In this document: piece after piece, positions 39,744 through 52,133 of the stretch | Layout of the letters: each line of letters opens with the position of its first letter | How positions within the stretch are numbered: position 1 is the stretch's first letter | Origin: a virus | Lineage: Duplodnaviria > Caudoviricetes | IMG/VR virus record: IMGVR_UViG_3300034171_000062 | Coordinates: 1 to 64,000 of that record | Direction: 5' to 3' (one strand) | DNA: 64,000 bases | The notes under the pieces: model-generated | What the model was told of the DNA's origin: nothing | Database searches by the model: none | The model's input: only the letters and a program-made list of their open reading frames with translations | Position numbers and translations under genes: made by a program

Positions 39744-40100
39744 ATGGATAATTCAGCCCAATTGAATCTGTTGTGGAACTTTCAACGCGACGGTCTCCGT
39801 CACGTGTATCTGGTGGTGGGCGATGAGGACGCTGGAACAGCGTTGCGACGATTTGAAGACGACACCAAGATTTCAGCGACCCTCGTGACCGTGCATCCCA
39901 AAACGCCTCAAGCGAGAATCGACAGCGCCGTGGCCGATCACGACTGTTGTGTCTTCTACCTTCGCAGTAACATCCCAGGGACCATGCGGCATCTTCGGTG
40001 TCTGTTGGAACAACACAAATATTCGACGGAACTTCTCGAGTGCATCAATAAAGTCTACCACATCGACAATTCACGGTACCGATACGCGCTGGCGGCCTGA
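39744..40100 (+). CDS. hypothetical protein
   Basis: 118-aa ORF. Confidence 0.55.
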   Translation: MDNSAQLNLLWNFQRDGLRHVYLVVGDEDAGTALRRFEDDTKISATLVTVHPKTPQARIDSAVADHDCCVFYLRSNIPGTMRHLRCLLEQHKYSTELLECINKVYHIDNSRYRYALAA

Positions 40101-40108
40101 GGTGAGTT

Positions 40109-40609
40109 ATGACTGAAACAAAGTCTCACGCGATTTCCGACGAAGAGATTCGAGACATTGCAGTGCAGGCCGGCTTCACTATGAGAGATCAAGAAGACGG
40201 TAGGTGCGATTTGAACCCATACGTCTACGACTTTGCGCGGAAGCTCATCCGGCGGGCGAAGAACATTCATGTCAAGTCCGAAACAACCGCGAAATCGATC
40301 TTAATCGTAAAGGTGGACAAACGGACGGGGGCCACAAAAGAGTACGAAGTCTCATCGTCCGTGATTGATGCTGCTCAACATTGGCTCTCGTCTTTGCAGC
40401 TGTCGAGCGACATGTCTTTGATTTCGGAACTGGGAGACACGCCGTACATGTTCGCTAAGGTACTCACCAACAACCTAGACGATCGACATGTATACATGCT
40501 AGTGAGAGGTAATGAGTTGAACGAAATGGGCGCGGCCATAAACGCACTCATTCACAAACGTTGGCCGAGTATGGAGGATGAAGTGCCCTCGCCATTTGAC
40601 GTAAATTAG
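40109..40609 (+). CDS. hypothetical protein
   Basis: GAGGTG RBS; N-terminal DLNPYVYDFARKL motif. Confidence 0.7.
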   Translation: MTETKSHAISDEEIRDIAVQAGFTMRDQEDGRCDLNPYVYDFARKLIRRAKNIHVKSETTAKSILIVKVDKRTGATKEYEVSSSVIDAAQHWLSSLQLSSDMSLISELGDTPYMFAKVLTNNLDDRHVYMLVRGNELNEMGAAINALIHKRWPSMEDEVPSPFDVN

Positions 40610-40647
40610 GAACTACTCGACTCGGCATTAAAAGAAGGACTTTTATA

Positions 40648-41310
40648 ATGACCGATTTAATCACCATTAAAATACACGACGGGATTGGGGCCGGGTTAGT
40701 TCTACTCGACACACCTGAAACGTGTTGCTTAGTCTACGAACATCTTGCCAACACGTTTGGCGACGACCTAGTGATCATCGATCTTTCTAATTTACCCAAC
40801 CCATTGGAAATTGTACAAGGTCAAGCGCAGGCTCGAGATGTCCTCTTTTGTCTGAAGACGACCAATTTCCATCCAGGCGACATAACCGACGTTCAACGGT
40901 GGTTGTCTAATCACAACATCTCCAACGAGATCCTCACTTACTGCGGCGACCTGTGGGTCGTAGTGGATGTGGATTACTTAAACAACACTCACTTTGATAA
41001 TAAGGTAGTTAGCATGAATCAGACATCTGAAACCCCTGTAGAAAACGTTCGCCCTCGTGTACGCGTAGAGATCGCCGGTACGCGTTCTGGCTGCGGTAAG
41101 TCGTCGGTGGCGGCGTTGATTATTCAGGCGCTGCAAAAGGCTGGGTTCGATGACATCAAGGTGACTAGTCAAAGCGACAATATTAAAGAACAAGTATTGG
41201 CCGGTGTGGACATTGCTCGACTCGTTCCACTCCCGGGGATCGATGTCATCGATCGCTATGGCGATGTGGCGGCAGTGGAAGATGACGATGGCAATACATG
41301 GGGCGCGTAA
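40648..41310 (+). CDS. hypothetical protein with a C-terminal P-loop-like motif
   Basis: EIAGTRSGCGKSS. Confidence 0.6.
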   Translation: MTDLITIKIHDGIGAGLVLLDTPETCCLVYEHLANTFGDDLVIIDLSNLPNPLEIVQGQAQARDVLFCLKTTNFHPGDITDVQRWLSNHNISNEILTYCGDLWVVVDVDYLNNTHFDNKVVSMNQTSETPVENVRPRVRVEIAGTRSGCGKSSVAALIIQALQKAGFDDIKVTSQSDNIKEQVLAGVDIARLVPLPGIDVIDRYGDVAAVEDDDGNTWGA

Positions 41311-41567
41311 TTCAGCCTTTGTGTCCACATTGTACACACAAGGTACGGGGACCCTCTCGTATATACGGTCAGTCGGCGTATTTCTGCACACACTGTCGGA
41401 GATACGGACCGTGGAAGAGTCGCGGTCGATGTCGAAGAGACAGTACCCTTCACCCGGTGACACATACTGACGTTGTAATGTTGTCTATGAGACCATAACT
41501 TGCGTGAGATTACGTTCAGACCCCTAAACATACATCAACTTACCCACACCTGAAAGAGGAGGTAGTA

Positions 41568-41867
41568 ATGCCGTGTTCATCGCAGAAACAACACGACCTA
41601 ATGGTCGCTGTCAGTAAAGACAAGGACCTGGCGGAGAAACTTAACGTCAAACAGGAAGTTGCCAAGGAGTTCATTAAGAAAGATGAAGAGGAGGGCCTGT
41701 GGCAAGCCGCGCCGGAACTCAATGAAATCGAAGTCGAGTCCTTAACGTTAGAAGCTGTAACGGAACAGGAATTGATATCGAAGGAGATGCGAGACGACGC
41801 CAAGGAGGCACCAATGTTTCGCATGGAAGATCGCTTCGTAGAAGCGGGCGATGGGGGGGCCGAGTAA
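41568..41867 (+). CDS. small putative head protein
   Basis: GAGGAGG RBS; MPCSSQKQHDLM...VAKEFI domain; TLEA site. Confidence 0.65.
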   Translation: MPCSSQKQHDLMVAVSKDKDLAEKLNVKQEVAKEFIKKDEEEGLWQAAPELNEIEVESLTLEAVTEQELISKEMRDDAKEAPMFRMEDRFVEAGDGGAE

Positions 41868-41967
41868 GGCTCTACTCTATCGTGTTAACCCCCACTTTGA
41901 CCGTTGATGGTTCCACACCCAACCCTAATGGAAGTTGACGGTCGATCGATTGAGGAGACATGGAAGT

Positions 41968-42435
41968 ATGGACAAGACAGTACACACCGTGTTCGATTTT
42001 CGAACTGCACTTATGCGTTCACCTGGCAGTTGTCAAATACTTCTGCGGACTGGAGACAAAGGTTTTCAGATCATGCACATGGTTGAAGTCAACCGCGGTG
42101 GACATCCGTCCATAATCCTTGAAGCAATCGGGGTCCCAGATGACCTAGTGTCGCTGGCCACTCTTTCGCCCGGAAACCGTTTTCGTTTTCAAGAAATGCT
42201 TGAAGACGATTTGGAAGTCGTGCAGGTGGACGTAGAACCGGATCACGAACTGATCATGGAAATCCGTCACGTCAGAGAAGGTTGGCATGGCCGCGTTGGC
42301 CTGATGACTGGTGCTGTAGATTGGGACATAGGGCGATACTACGACACACGTGTATTGCCAATGCGCCGCGGTGAAGACCGTGGCCTAAGACCACCAACCG
42401 GTGATCCTATCCCCGAGCGACGCGCTGGACGTTAA
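41968..42435 (+). CDS. hypothetical protein
   Basis: ORF ending before a hairpin. Confidence 0.55.
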   Translation: MDKTVHTVFDFRTALMRSPGSCQILLRTGDKGFQIMHMVEVNRGGHPSIILEAIGVPDDLVSLATLSPGNRFRFQEMLEDDLEVVQVDVEPDHELIMEIRHVREGWHGRVGLMTGAVDWDIGRYYDTRVLPMRRGEDRGLRPPTGDPIPERRAGR

Positions 42436-42512
42436 TCCATCTGGAAATGCGGGGAGGGTAACACCTCCCCATTTTTTCGACTCAAACCGTAAAATCATAA
42501 GGAAAGCCTGTA

Positions 42513-42968
42513 ATGTCTGCGATCGTTGAACCCGCAACTGAGACCAGTACGTATGGCACCGCCCCTCCTAAGACCTCGGTAAATAAACCCATTCTCTCAT
42601 GCGACTTCGATGGTGTGATCCACAGTTACACCACTGGATGGCATGGCGCTGATGTGGTGGCCGATGGTCCAGTCGATGGCGCCATGCGATTTTTAACCGA
42701 TGCCTCTGATAAGTTTGAAATCAATATCTATTCTTCCCGTTCCGGACAACCCGGCGGCGTGGCAGCCATGTACGACTACATTGCTGAACACCTACGTCGA
42801 TATTGGGTTGACATGCCAGCCGTTGGCGATAAGGTATTGTCGAAACTCAAGTTTCCTACCGATAAACCCTCGGCCATGGTGATGTTGGACGACCGAGCGG
42901 TGACCTTCACCGGCGTTTTCCCAGAGGTTGACGACCTGTTGGACTTCAAACCCTGGAACAAACGCTAA
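42513..42968 (+). CDS. HAD-superfamily phosphatase
   Basis: Motif I CDFDGVI, YSSR, K, LDDRA. Confidence 0.85.
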   Translation: MSAIVEPATETSTYGTAPPKTSVNKPILSCDFDGVIHSYTTGWHGADVVADGPVDGAMRFLTDASDKFEINIYSSRSGQPGGVAAMYDYIAEHLRRYWVDMPAVGDKVLSKLKFPTDKPSAMVMLDDRAVTFTGVFPEVDDLLDFKPWNKR

Positions 42969-42980
42969 CGAGGTGAAGTT

Positions 42981-43376
42981 ATGGACGGCGCCGTGGCTAT
43001 TATAGTGAGTATGTTGGGGTTGGGGTTAATGGCAGTGTTATTCTGTCAGTATAACCTTAACCAAGCAAAACAACGTCAGCGATTTAAGGACGAGGCTCGG
43101 TTTTATCGAAAGGTTACTGAAACCCTCCAGAACTCGAATTGCCTTAGTCAACTCGATTTGGGGCGGATCGTTCTGGAGGATGTGGCCCGACGACAAAACC
43201 CCACCCTCACTCAAGTGGAGCTCGAGCACCTCTCACGCATAATCAACGGTCATCTCAAGACGATGCAGCGAGTAGACTCTATGTTAAGTGATTACCGGGC
43301 CCGTCGTCGTCGCCCTACGTGCAGTACCGACACTATGCTTGAGACCGCCGAAAATGGACACAGAAAACTTCACTGA
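42981..43376 (+). CDS. membrane-anchored hypothetical protein
   Basis: N-terminal TM; GAGGTG RBS. Confidence 0.6.
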   Translation: MDGAVAIIVSMLGLGLMAVLFCQYNLNQAKQRQRFKDEARFYRKVTETLQNSNCLSQLDLGRIVLEDVARRQNPTLTQVELEHLSRIINGHLKTMQRVDSMLSDYRARRRRPTCSTDTMLETAENGHRKLH

Positions 43377-43707
43377 CTGGACGTTAAGGGTTAATCTAGA
43401 GTTGCTCTTGACTTACAGTAACCTTGCATCGACCATCGCCAAGGCCCTTGAGCGCATCACTGAGACGCACGACGATCACACGGTGGTCCACGTGCATGTT
43501 GATGACGGATGCATGCCTGAGGCGTTTGCTAAGTCCCATCGTGAGGAACTGATCTATCTTCCCTCGACAGTTGGGTTACATAAGACGACGAGTCCCACAT
43601 GCACCACCATCGTCTCCATTGCTTTAGCCGTACGGTTTATTGACTCCGATAGTCATCGCCAGTTGCGGCGGGTGGACATATTCCTCACCCCCGTGAAACG
43701 CACCTGA
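43288..43707 (+). CDS. hypothetical protein (start probably MDTEN)
   Basis: ORF on the coding strand. Confidence 0.5.
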   Translation: MITGPVVVALRAVPTLCLRPPKMDTENFTDWTLRVNLELLLTYSNLASTIAKALERITETHDDHTVVHVHVDDGCMPEAFAKSHREELIYLPSTVGLHKTTSPTCTTIVSIALAVRFIDSDSHRQLRRVDIFLTPVKRT

Positions 43708-43718
43708 AAGGAACCCCC

Positions 43719-44111
43719 ATGAATTCTGCTGTACTCACCAATGACCTCAGTATGGACCGTCTATCAAAGCGATTGGTATTGAATCGCCGAACTGTGCAGG
43801 TACTGATGCTTATGTCGCTGTATGGTGAGTTGACCACGGGAGACATAGCCAGCATGTTGGACGTGTCTGTTAAGACTCTGCGGGACCGGCATTTACCTCG
43901 TTTAGTGGATCATCACTGGATACGCGGTGAACGTTTAGTTTCCAATGGTCCGGCCACCGAACGCTGGAAGATGGGTGTGGTTCAACGTAAACGTGCAGAA
44001 GTGTTTTACAACGCTGCTGAACGCGATGTGTTAGCCCGACTGCAGAAGTTTAAACACCTACATCATCCAATAGATCCCAACCGAACGGTGAAACTGGGGA
44101 CTATGGATTAA
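43719..44111 (+). CDS. winged-HTH DNA-binding protein, paralog of 39231-39635
   Basis: RTVQVLMLM...TTGDIASMLDVSVKTLRDRHLPRLVDHHWI. Confidence 0.6.
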   Translation: MNSAVLTNDLSMDRLSKRLVLNRRTVQVLMLMSLYGELTTGDIASMLDVSVKTLRDRHLPRLVDHHWIRGERLVSNGPATERWKMGVVQRKRAEVFYNAAERDVLARLQKFKHLHHPIDPNRTVKLGTMD

Positions 44112-44164
44112 CCGATCAATTTAGGTCCGCACTCTGCGGGCCTTTATGCCCAACGGAGAACGCT

Positions 44165-44560
44165 ATGGACACCAATATGACCGAGAAGACCCCCTTACAA
44201 CTATTGAACGAGGCCAAGGTTGCGTACCTTAAGGTACATGGCACCACGCAAGAAGCCATCGATTCGATCGAGTCCATCTTTACAATGACCGAGACTACCT
44301 TGAACCTGTTTCGCATGGACGTGGACTTGGCTTCCGGTTCGGATTACACGGTGTACGTCGACGTATCCCCGGCCATGACCCCTACTGAACTGCGCTTGAA
44401 GGCGTACCGAAAGCTGTTAATTGACGAGTTCGATTACGCACCGGAAGACGTAGACACCATTGCCCAGGCGTTTGACAACGACGCCCTGGCGGTGGCGCAT
44501 TTTAAGGGACTCATCAACAGTCACACAGGAGTCCACACTCGATCGATCCCCAACCTCTAA
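44165..44560 (+). CDS. hypothetical protein
   Basis: GGAG RBS. Confidence 0.65.
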   Translation: MDTNMTEKTPLQLLNEAKVAYLKVHGTTQEAIDSIESIFTMTETTLNLFRMDVDLASGSDYTVYVDVSPAMTPTELRLKAYRKLLIDEFDYAPEDVDTIAQAFDNDALAVAHFKGLINSHTGVHTRSIPNL

Positions 44561-46591
<2,031 letters not shown>

Positions 46592-46601
46592 GGAGAGTAT
46601 C

Positions 46602-47021
46602 ATGAACAGCACCGATTTGAAACACGCGTGCATCCAACTGAGTCGAGTGTTATTAGAAAGCCTGCCCGCTAACGAAGACGCAATGATCCAACGCGTAGTG
46701 AACTCAAACGCAGCACTTACGTTGCGACGCGTGGAACAACCTAAAATTGAGGTGACCTGCAACCAATCTGTGAGTGGAGGGAACAGTTACCCGATGGAAC
46801 TGACGATTGGCGGCATGACCGTGGGACTGTCCATCGTCACCAATTACGATCGAGTCAATAACAGCTGGAATCGGTTTGTGGAGATCGTTCCTATGTATGT
46901 AACTCGCGGCGGACGCACACACTGGTGGGTGTTTGAAACAGATCCCTTGATTGTGGCCTTACTCACCAACCACCTAATCACCTTACGACTGGCCCTACTG
47001 GGCGATGGAGAATCCTCATGA
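46602..47021 (+). CDS. hypothetical protein
   Basis: AAGGAG RBS. Confidence 0.65.
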   Translation: MNSTDLKHACIQLSRVLLESLPANEDAMIQRVVNSNAALTLRRVEQPKIEVTCNQSVSGGNSYPMELTIGGMTVGLSIVTNYDRVNNSWNRFVEIVPMYVTRGGRTHWWVFETDPLIVALLTNHLITLRLALLGDGESS

Positions 47022-47131
47022 GCGATCATGTACAATGCGATGGCTGTTTTGAAGTGAAAGACAAACAAGAAGTGAAAGACAACGGAGGGCGTTGTCCCGA
47101 ATGCGGCAGTAAGGAAAACCGCCCAACTTAA
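47018..47131 (+). CDS. 37-aa zinc-ribbon microprotein
   Basis: Read manually: MSDHVQCDGC...RCPECGSKENRPT; GGAG RBS; ATGA coupling. Confidence 0.6.
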   Translation: MSDHVQCDGCFEVKDKQEVKDNGGRCPECGSKENRPT

Positions 47132-47136
47132 ATCGA

Positions 47137-48129
47137 GTGGACTTGTTTATGAAAAAGGTAACCACACGTCGCCACGACGACGATCTGGTTCGGACTGAAT
47201 CCGTGGGCGAACACGTCATTAATTACCACCGTCGGTCAATAGGTGCTGTGGTGGTCGAGGTGCCCAGTTACGTACGGCGCATCGACTGCAATGGAACTGA
47301 AGGGTGGCAGTGTGTGTTCAAGCGATTGGATACACCGTACTTCTCTGCGTTTGAGAACGACCGAGGCGACCTAGAACTCGCGTTGACCAAGATCACACGT
47401 CGATTAAAGAACTACCTCGTCCAGACACCAAATCTCAGGCGCTGTCGACTCATGGATTCCGACGACCGGCGGGTGACCCACTTGAAGACGGGGCACGCGA
47501 ACATCACGGTGGCGTGGGTTTTGCGCCGTCGAACCGATCGTCACCGGCCTTTATTCTATCTAAATATCCTCACAAGGAAGACCCAGCCATCTGGAAGAGC
47601 CACAAATCAAACGTTGTATGTCTGCAGTGAAGACACCTTCGACTACGCTAAGTTACGCCACCGATTGCAGGCGGCGATCCTCTCTCGTCGATTTTACTAC
47701 TTGACTCACCTCGATACCGGGTTCCTGGCCCCGAAACCCAAGGCCAACTGGAGTCTCCCCAACATCACCGAACAGCAATTAAAGGAGGATTTGATATCAA
47801 CTAAGACCCGCATGACTGATACGATGTCGAAGGCCATCAACGACTATGTCCCAACCAGCCTTTGCACCAAACCCATAATCCACTCGTTTCGAAAGACCCG
47901 AATTGTCTGGAGATCCGCGGAGGTAAATGGGCAGACGTTGTGGGTGCCAGATTTCATTGAGCAGGTAGGCGACACCTGGGAGGCACTTTGGACCCTGATC
48001 ACTGGAGCAGTCTACGGCGATACGTTGGATCATGACGGTGACGCGCACGACGCTCTGCGCACATTGGTCTGTTGGTGCTTTGAAGCTCAAGCTACGTCTA
48101 TATCTCCATCGATCCACCCAAGTAATTAG
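47137..48129 (+). CDS. putative DNA-binding protein (AP2-like domain)
   Basis: VPSYVRRIDCNGTEGWQCVF resembles AP2-like three-stranded DNA-binding domains; basic. Confidence 0.45.
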   Translation: MDLFMKKVTTRRHDDDLVRTESVGEHVINYHRRSIGAVVVEVPSYVRRIDCNGTEGWQCVFKRLDTPYFSAFENDRGDLELALTKITRRLKNYLVQTPNLRRCRLMDSDDRRVTHLKTGHANITVAWVLRRRTDRHRPLFYLNILTRKTQPSGRATNQTLYVCSEDTFDYAKLRHRLQAAILSRRFYYLTHLDTGFLAPKPKANWSLPNITEQQLKEDLISTKTRMTDTMSKAINDYVPTSLCTKPIIHSFRKTRIVWRSAEVNGQTLWVPDFIEQVGDTWEALWTLITGAVYGDTLDHDGDAHDALRTLVCWCFEAQATSISPSIHPSN

Positions 48130-48167
48130 GACCCAACCCTCGCACGGACGCGATTCAACTAAGAGGA

Positions 48168-49151
48168 ATGTCTATCATGACACAATTCAACCCCCCACGT
48201 AAGCAAGCATCGCTCACTCTCGCCACTGCCTGTTTAAACATGGCCGCCGACACCATCTACAACGTTGGACTAGGTCCAGACGTCCCATCTCCCCTGACCC
48301 CGGAGATCATCAGTCATCCGAAACGAAAGTTCAGCTTTAGCACCAACATCAAACCCAAATCGTTTCTTCTGCTTGGGCGAGTACTCGACGCGCTCGGTAT
48401 CGAAGGGCGTAAACGCCTTGCTAAGTACCGGACTTCCACAACGGGGTACAATCCGTTTGAGATCGTAGAGAACACCGCCGCGCATTGGTCCATGATTGTC
48501 GACGTCCCTCAGAATCCCGACGATGACGACGACGCTCAGACGATGCGGTCTCTGGTGCTTCATTGTACGACGCCCCCTCGCGACGCCCTCGGTAAACGCA
48601 CCGCCGGAGCTGGACTGGCTTACGACGTTGCTCACAGTCGCGATCGATTTCCAAAAATAAAGGCCCGTGACACTCAGTCCATGAAGTTGACTGTAGAACA
48701 ACTGCGTCTGGGTTATTCGGCGTATCTGACCTGGGCTAATTTTTACATGATGCACTCGGTCGATCTTGCAACCGTGGGCCCACGCCATTCGAAGTTTGAA
48801 TTGTCGTGGGTCTTAGGGGGGCTTGGATCTGCGTCACTGTCCTCGCTGATCGATGCGTACAACTCGGTGGATCGAGCGAGACGTACGGAGGGGGTGTTGT
48901 TAGAGACAGGGTTGTACGAGTTCACGATGTCGCCTGACGTACTTAAGAACATCTGGGGAAGAGACGACGATCATCGCTGGACGTTGGTTAAGTACAACCC
49001 ATACGGCGTCGACTACGCCATTGAATATGACCCGATGGGCCCGTTGTGGTCTCCTAAAGAAACCATCCGCCGCCGCTGTGAAAACAGCAAACGGTATCAC
49101 GACGCCTATGAACGGCTGCTCGTCGCTGCCATCGAAGTAGAAAGCGAGTAA
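48168..49151 (+). CDS. hypothetical protein
   Basis: 327-aa ORF, terminator after. Confidence 0.7.
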   Translation: MSIMTQFNPPRKQASLTLATACLNMAADTIYNVGLGPDVPSPLTPEIISHPKRKFSFSTNIKPKSFLLLGRVLDALGIEGRKRLAKYRTSTTGYNPFEIVENTAAHWSMIVDVPQNPDDDDDAQTMRSLVLHCTTPPRDALGKRTAGAGLAYDVAHSRDRFPKIKARDTQSMKLTVEQLRLGYSAYLTWANFYMMHSVDLATVGPRHSKFELSWVLGGLGSASLSSLIDAYNSVDRARRTEGVLLETGLYEFTMSPDVLKNIWGRDDDHRWTLVKYNPYGVDYAIEYDPMGPLWSPKETIRRRCENSKRYHDAYERLLVAAIEVESE

Positions 49152-49154
49152 CCA

Positions 49155-49189
49155 TAGAGGAGGGCTTCGGTCCTCCTCTTTATTTTTTT
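49155..49189 (+). terminator. intrinsic terminator
   Basis: agaggaggg-cttcgg-tcctcctct with T run. Confidence 0.8.
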
Positions 49190-49312
49190 GCTGTGGACGT
49201 CTTTGGACCCGTGTGGACTAATAGGGACATCTGTCCAAAATTAAAGACTACAGAACAGAAAACTTACATGACAGCAGTCGAAACATAATAGCGGTTAAGG
49301 AGAAATGGTGAC

Positions 49313-50335
49313 ATGTTTAACACAAACTCAGATCAATACGACATCCAGGTTATAACGGTCGATCCTTCCGATTGGTCAGTAAAGCGGGTGGGGGTTTACG
49401 CCAATGTCGCGGACGCCATAGCTAACCATCCGAGCAGTGATGGATTAGGCGATTGGTTAGAGGGCGGGATCAGCGATGTTAACTTTGATGACATACCTGA
49501 GTATCACGCCATTGAGTTGATACGAGGTCCAGAGGATACCGTGATGTATCTGGCTATGAAGGGGACTCGCCAAGATCGGTTTAATAAGGCGATGATTGAG
49601 GCAGTTGAGCATCGCAAGGACAATCCCAAACGAACCAAGATCGACCTGGCGGCGGACGTGCATCGATATCTAGATTACCTTATTGATGACTTCATACATT
49701 TGACGGGATACAAGAACCGAGACATTCTTTATCAGATGGTCTCATTCTTATTGCTGAGGTTGGGTGAAGGCTCCATTCCTTCCGACGGATCTGACAACAT
49801 CCCTCCGTTCCTACTCATTCCCTCCGTGTCTAAGTCGGACAACGACTACGAACGACAACATGGGCGTCGGGCGTATGAAGACGAACTCACGGTGGCGTGC
49901 AGTCAATACGACATTCTCTCCCACATGTTACCTAAGTTGTTAGACGGTCACCCAAAGGACTTTACCGAGCAGACCCCCTTGGATCTGGACCACAGTGAAA
50001 CGAGAGCGTGGTTAAAGAAAGATTGGGAGGAGGTCATCCGGAACAAGATCTGTAAGTGTTTTAAGGAAACCATTATCACACCGGAAGAGGCCAAGACGTT
50101 ACCTATGGACGAGGTACTCACTCGACTGTTTCAGTACGCCTACCCCGACCCGGTGTCAATTGGTTTGGCTAACTGGGCAGTGGTTATGGACATCGCCCAC
50201 GATCTTCAAGTAGACATTCCAACACTTATTCGTAAGGGTGCCGTACGCCGCCACCAAGATCCAAATAGCGGGTGGAGTAAAGGAACCTTAGTTGAGGACA
50301 TCGAAGATACTTTTAAAGACGAATATTGCCGATAG
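49313..50335 (+). CDS. hypothetical protein
   Basis: AAGGAG RBS, 340 aa. Confidence 0.7.
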   Translation: MFNTNSDQYDIQVITVDPSDWSVKRVGVYANVADAIANHPSSDGLGDWLEGGISDVNFDDIPEYHAIELIRGPEDTVMYLAMKGTRQDRFNKAMIEAVEHRKDNPKRTKIDLAADVHRYLDYLIDDFIHLTGYKNRDILYQMVSFLLLRLGEGSIPSDGSDNIPPFLLIPSVSKSDNDYERQHGRRAYEDELTVACSQYDILSHMLPKLLDGHPKDFTEQTPLDLDHSETRAWLKKDWEEVIRNKICKCFKETIITPEEAKTLPMDEVLTRLFQYAYPDPVSIGLANWAVVMDIAHDLQVDIPTLIRKGAVRRHQDPNSGWSKGTLVEDIEDTFKDEYCR

Positions 50336-50391
50336 AGCAACACATTAGTTAGGGGAGTGAAAGCTCCTCTATTTTTGTCTATTCCACTAAA

Positions 50392-50417
50392 ACACAAACC
50401 TATATCACAGAGATGAC
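50392..50417 (+). promoter_or_regulatory. putative early promoter (TATATCA)
   Basis: acacaaaccTATATCAcagagatga. Confidence 0.6.
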
Positions 50418-50446
50418 ATACCAACGTAATCTTTAGGAGCACAAAT

Positions 50447-50701
50447 ATGATCAATGAAATACAAGCCGTTAAGAACACCATTGGCAGCATTCGCCACGCC
50501 CAGACTCAAACCGACGAAGCCTTGGCTGAGATCCAAACGCTGGGCGAACTCTGTAACGCAGAAGCCACGGCCCTCTATCGGAAATATAAGAACGACGTAA
50601 TCACCTATGTCGATTACAATACCCAACTGGACGCAGTGATTGAATATCAAAAAGAGGAAGGCGATCACATAGAGCGGCGTCACGCCGAGCGGACTCGTTA
50701 A
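50447..50701 (+). CDS. hypothetical early protein
   Basis: AGGAG RBS. Confidence 0.7.
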   Translation: MINEIQAVKNTIGSIRHAQTQTDEALAEIQTLGELCNAEATALYRKYKNDVITYVDYNTQLDAVIEYQKEEGDHIERRHAERTR

Positions 50702-50759
50702 TACATAACTGTCACACGATCTTTGCATTACCCATAACCTATATCTAGGAGACACCACA

Positions 50760-51062
50760 ATGTCCTGTAAGAACGTATTCGCTGTACTTCAAGTAACCCC
50801 AGTCCAACTGGCCATCGTTTCACACAGCGTCCCTGAGGGGACTTCAATGGGTCTTCCACAGGGGTTGACTGACCGTTGGCGTGTAGTTGATCTCGATTCG
50901 GTGGTTGAACAAGAAGACGGGGCTCTGTTGGAGTTCGTAGGACTCAACGAAGCCGTTGCGTATCAGAACCTCTGGCTAGAAAGCGGCATCATCCAACGGT
51001 CTCTCTTATCGCGCACTTATGACCTAATCGGGGAATCGTCTCATGACCGCAACAGTCAGTAA
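50760..51062 (+). CDS. hypothetical protein
   Basis: AGGAG RBS. Confidence 0.65.
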   Translation: MSCKNVFAVLQVTPVQLAIVSHSVPEGTSMGLPQGLTDRWRVVDLDSVVEQEDGALLEFVGLNEAVAYQNLWLESGIIQRSLLSRTYDLIGESSHDRNSQ

Positions 51063-51423
51063 ACCTCAACCCAAGTCTCGTGTTCGGTCCAAAGCGGAAT
51101 TTGTTCGATTACTGTGGAGTAGTCCTCAAGCCGACTTCGTGGCGACCTTGCCCAAAGTACCGTCGTTCATCGTAATTGAGCGAGATAAGAACAATCTCAT
51201 GTTGGTGCCGTGGACTGACGCCCTGACGAGTTCGTCTATCCCAGCGTGGATTTGGTGGCCGTGTTATTTTAGCGACCGAGATTCTGTGCAGCAGATTCGG
51301 TCCATGTCCTATCCCACCATCGAACCTAACTTTCAGGTCATTGATCTAGACGACCTGAAGGAGATCCGGGATCGTTATTTAGAAGACCTTCGAACGACTC
51401 AACACACTAGGCCGTTCACGTAA
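51043..51423 (+). CDS. hypothetical protein
   Basis: Overlap-coupled ORF. Confidence 0.6.
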   Translation: MTATVSKPQPKSRVRSKAEFVRLLWSSPQADFVATLPKVPSFIVIERDKNNLMLVPWTDALTSSSIPAWIWWPCYFSDRDSVQQIRSMSYPTIEPNFQVIDLDDLKEIRDRYLEDLRTTQHTRPFT

Positions 51424-51490
51424 TCTTTAGAAGAATTGCAAGACTTCACCCACACTCAACAATCTAACCTCTATTGATAAGGAATTTAAC

Positions 51491-52036
51491 ATGACCGATC
51501 ACACCAATAAAGACGACACGATGATCAACGTCGGTCACCAGTTGGTTGAACTAAATGTTTCCATACAAGATCTGATCGATAAAACCGGTCTGTCGCCCGC
51601 TCAGTTTTATCGCGACTTCCGCGAGGAGTTCGGATGTACGCCCACTGAGCATAGAGAAAGGACTCGACAGGAAAAGAAAGACCGTGAAGAGAAGATTGTC
51701 CGTGAAGAGACCTTCAATTTCATGGTGAGTCTCCAACAGGCCGCGAACACCCCACACATCACGAATCAACATCACCAACGTCCAGTCAATTCGGAGTTGA
51801 TGGTGCCTTTGATTGTGAATGGACAATTCGGGTTCACGGCGTACGTTGTGACGATCTCAGGGAAGTGCCCAACTTCCGACGGCGTTGAGTTTCTGCGAAG
51901 CGAATACCGCGACATGTTCAACGCCATGGTGGTGGACACACTCATGCCCTATTTCCACGGAAAGGTGAACATAGCGTACCTTCAAACCCTTAACTCAGGA
52001 CCAATGGTCCAACGCCCATACGGAGCGTGGCAGTAA
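51491..52036 (+). CDS. AraC-type HTH domain protein
   Basis: SIQDLIDKTGLSPAQFYRDFREEFGCTPTEHR. Confidence 0.75.
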   Translation: MTDHTNKDDTMINVGHQLVELNVSIQDLIDKTGLSPAQFYRDFREEFGCTPTEHRERTRQEKKDREEKIVREETFNFMVSLQQAANTPHITNQHHQRPVNSELMVPLIVNGQFGFTAYVVTISGKCPTSDGVEFLRSEYRDMFNAMVVDTLMPYFHGKVNIAYLQTLNSGPMVQRPYGAWQ

Positions 52037-52133
52037 AGAGTCGATTGACCCTGCCAGGCGAAGTACAACAACGCATTGAATGAATAATTCACTAAATAAA
52101 TACCCCCCCCCCATAACCTTTAAGGAATCTACT

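Noticed and set aside
40648-41310. Functional kinase or ATPase
   Set aside because: Only a Walker A-like motif in a short C-terminal segment; not enough to name a family
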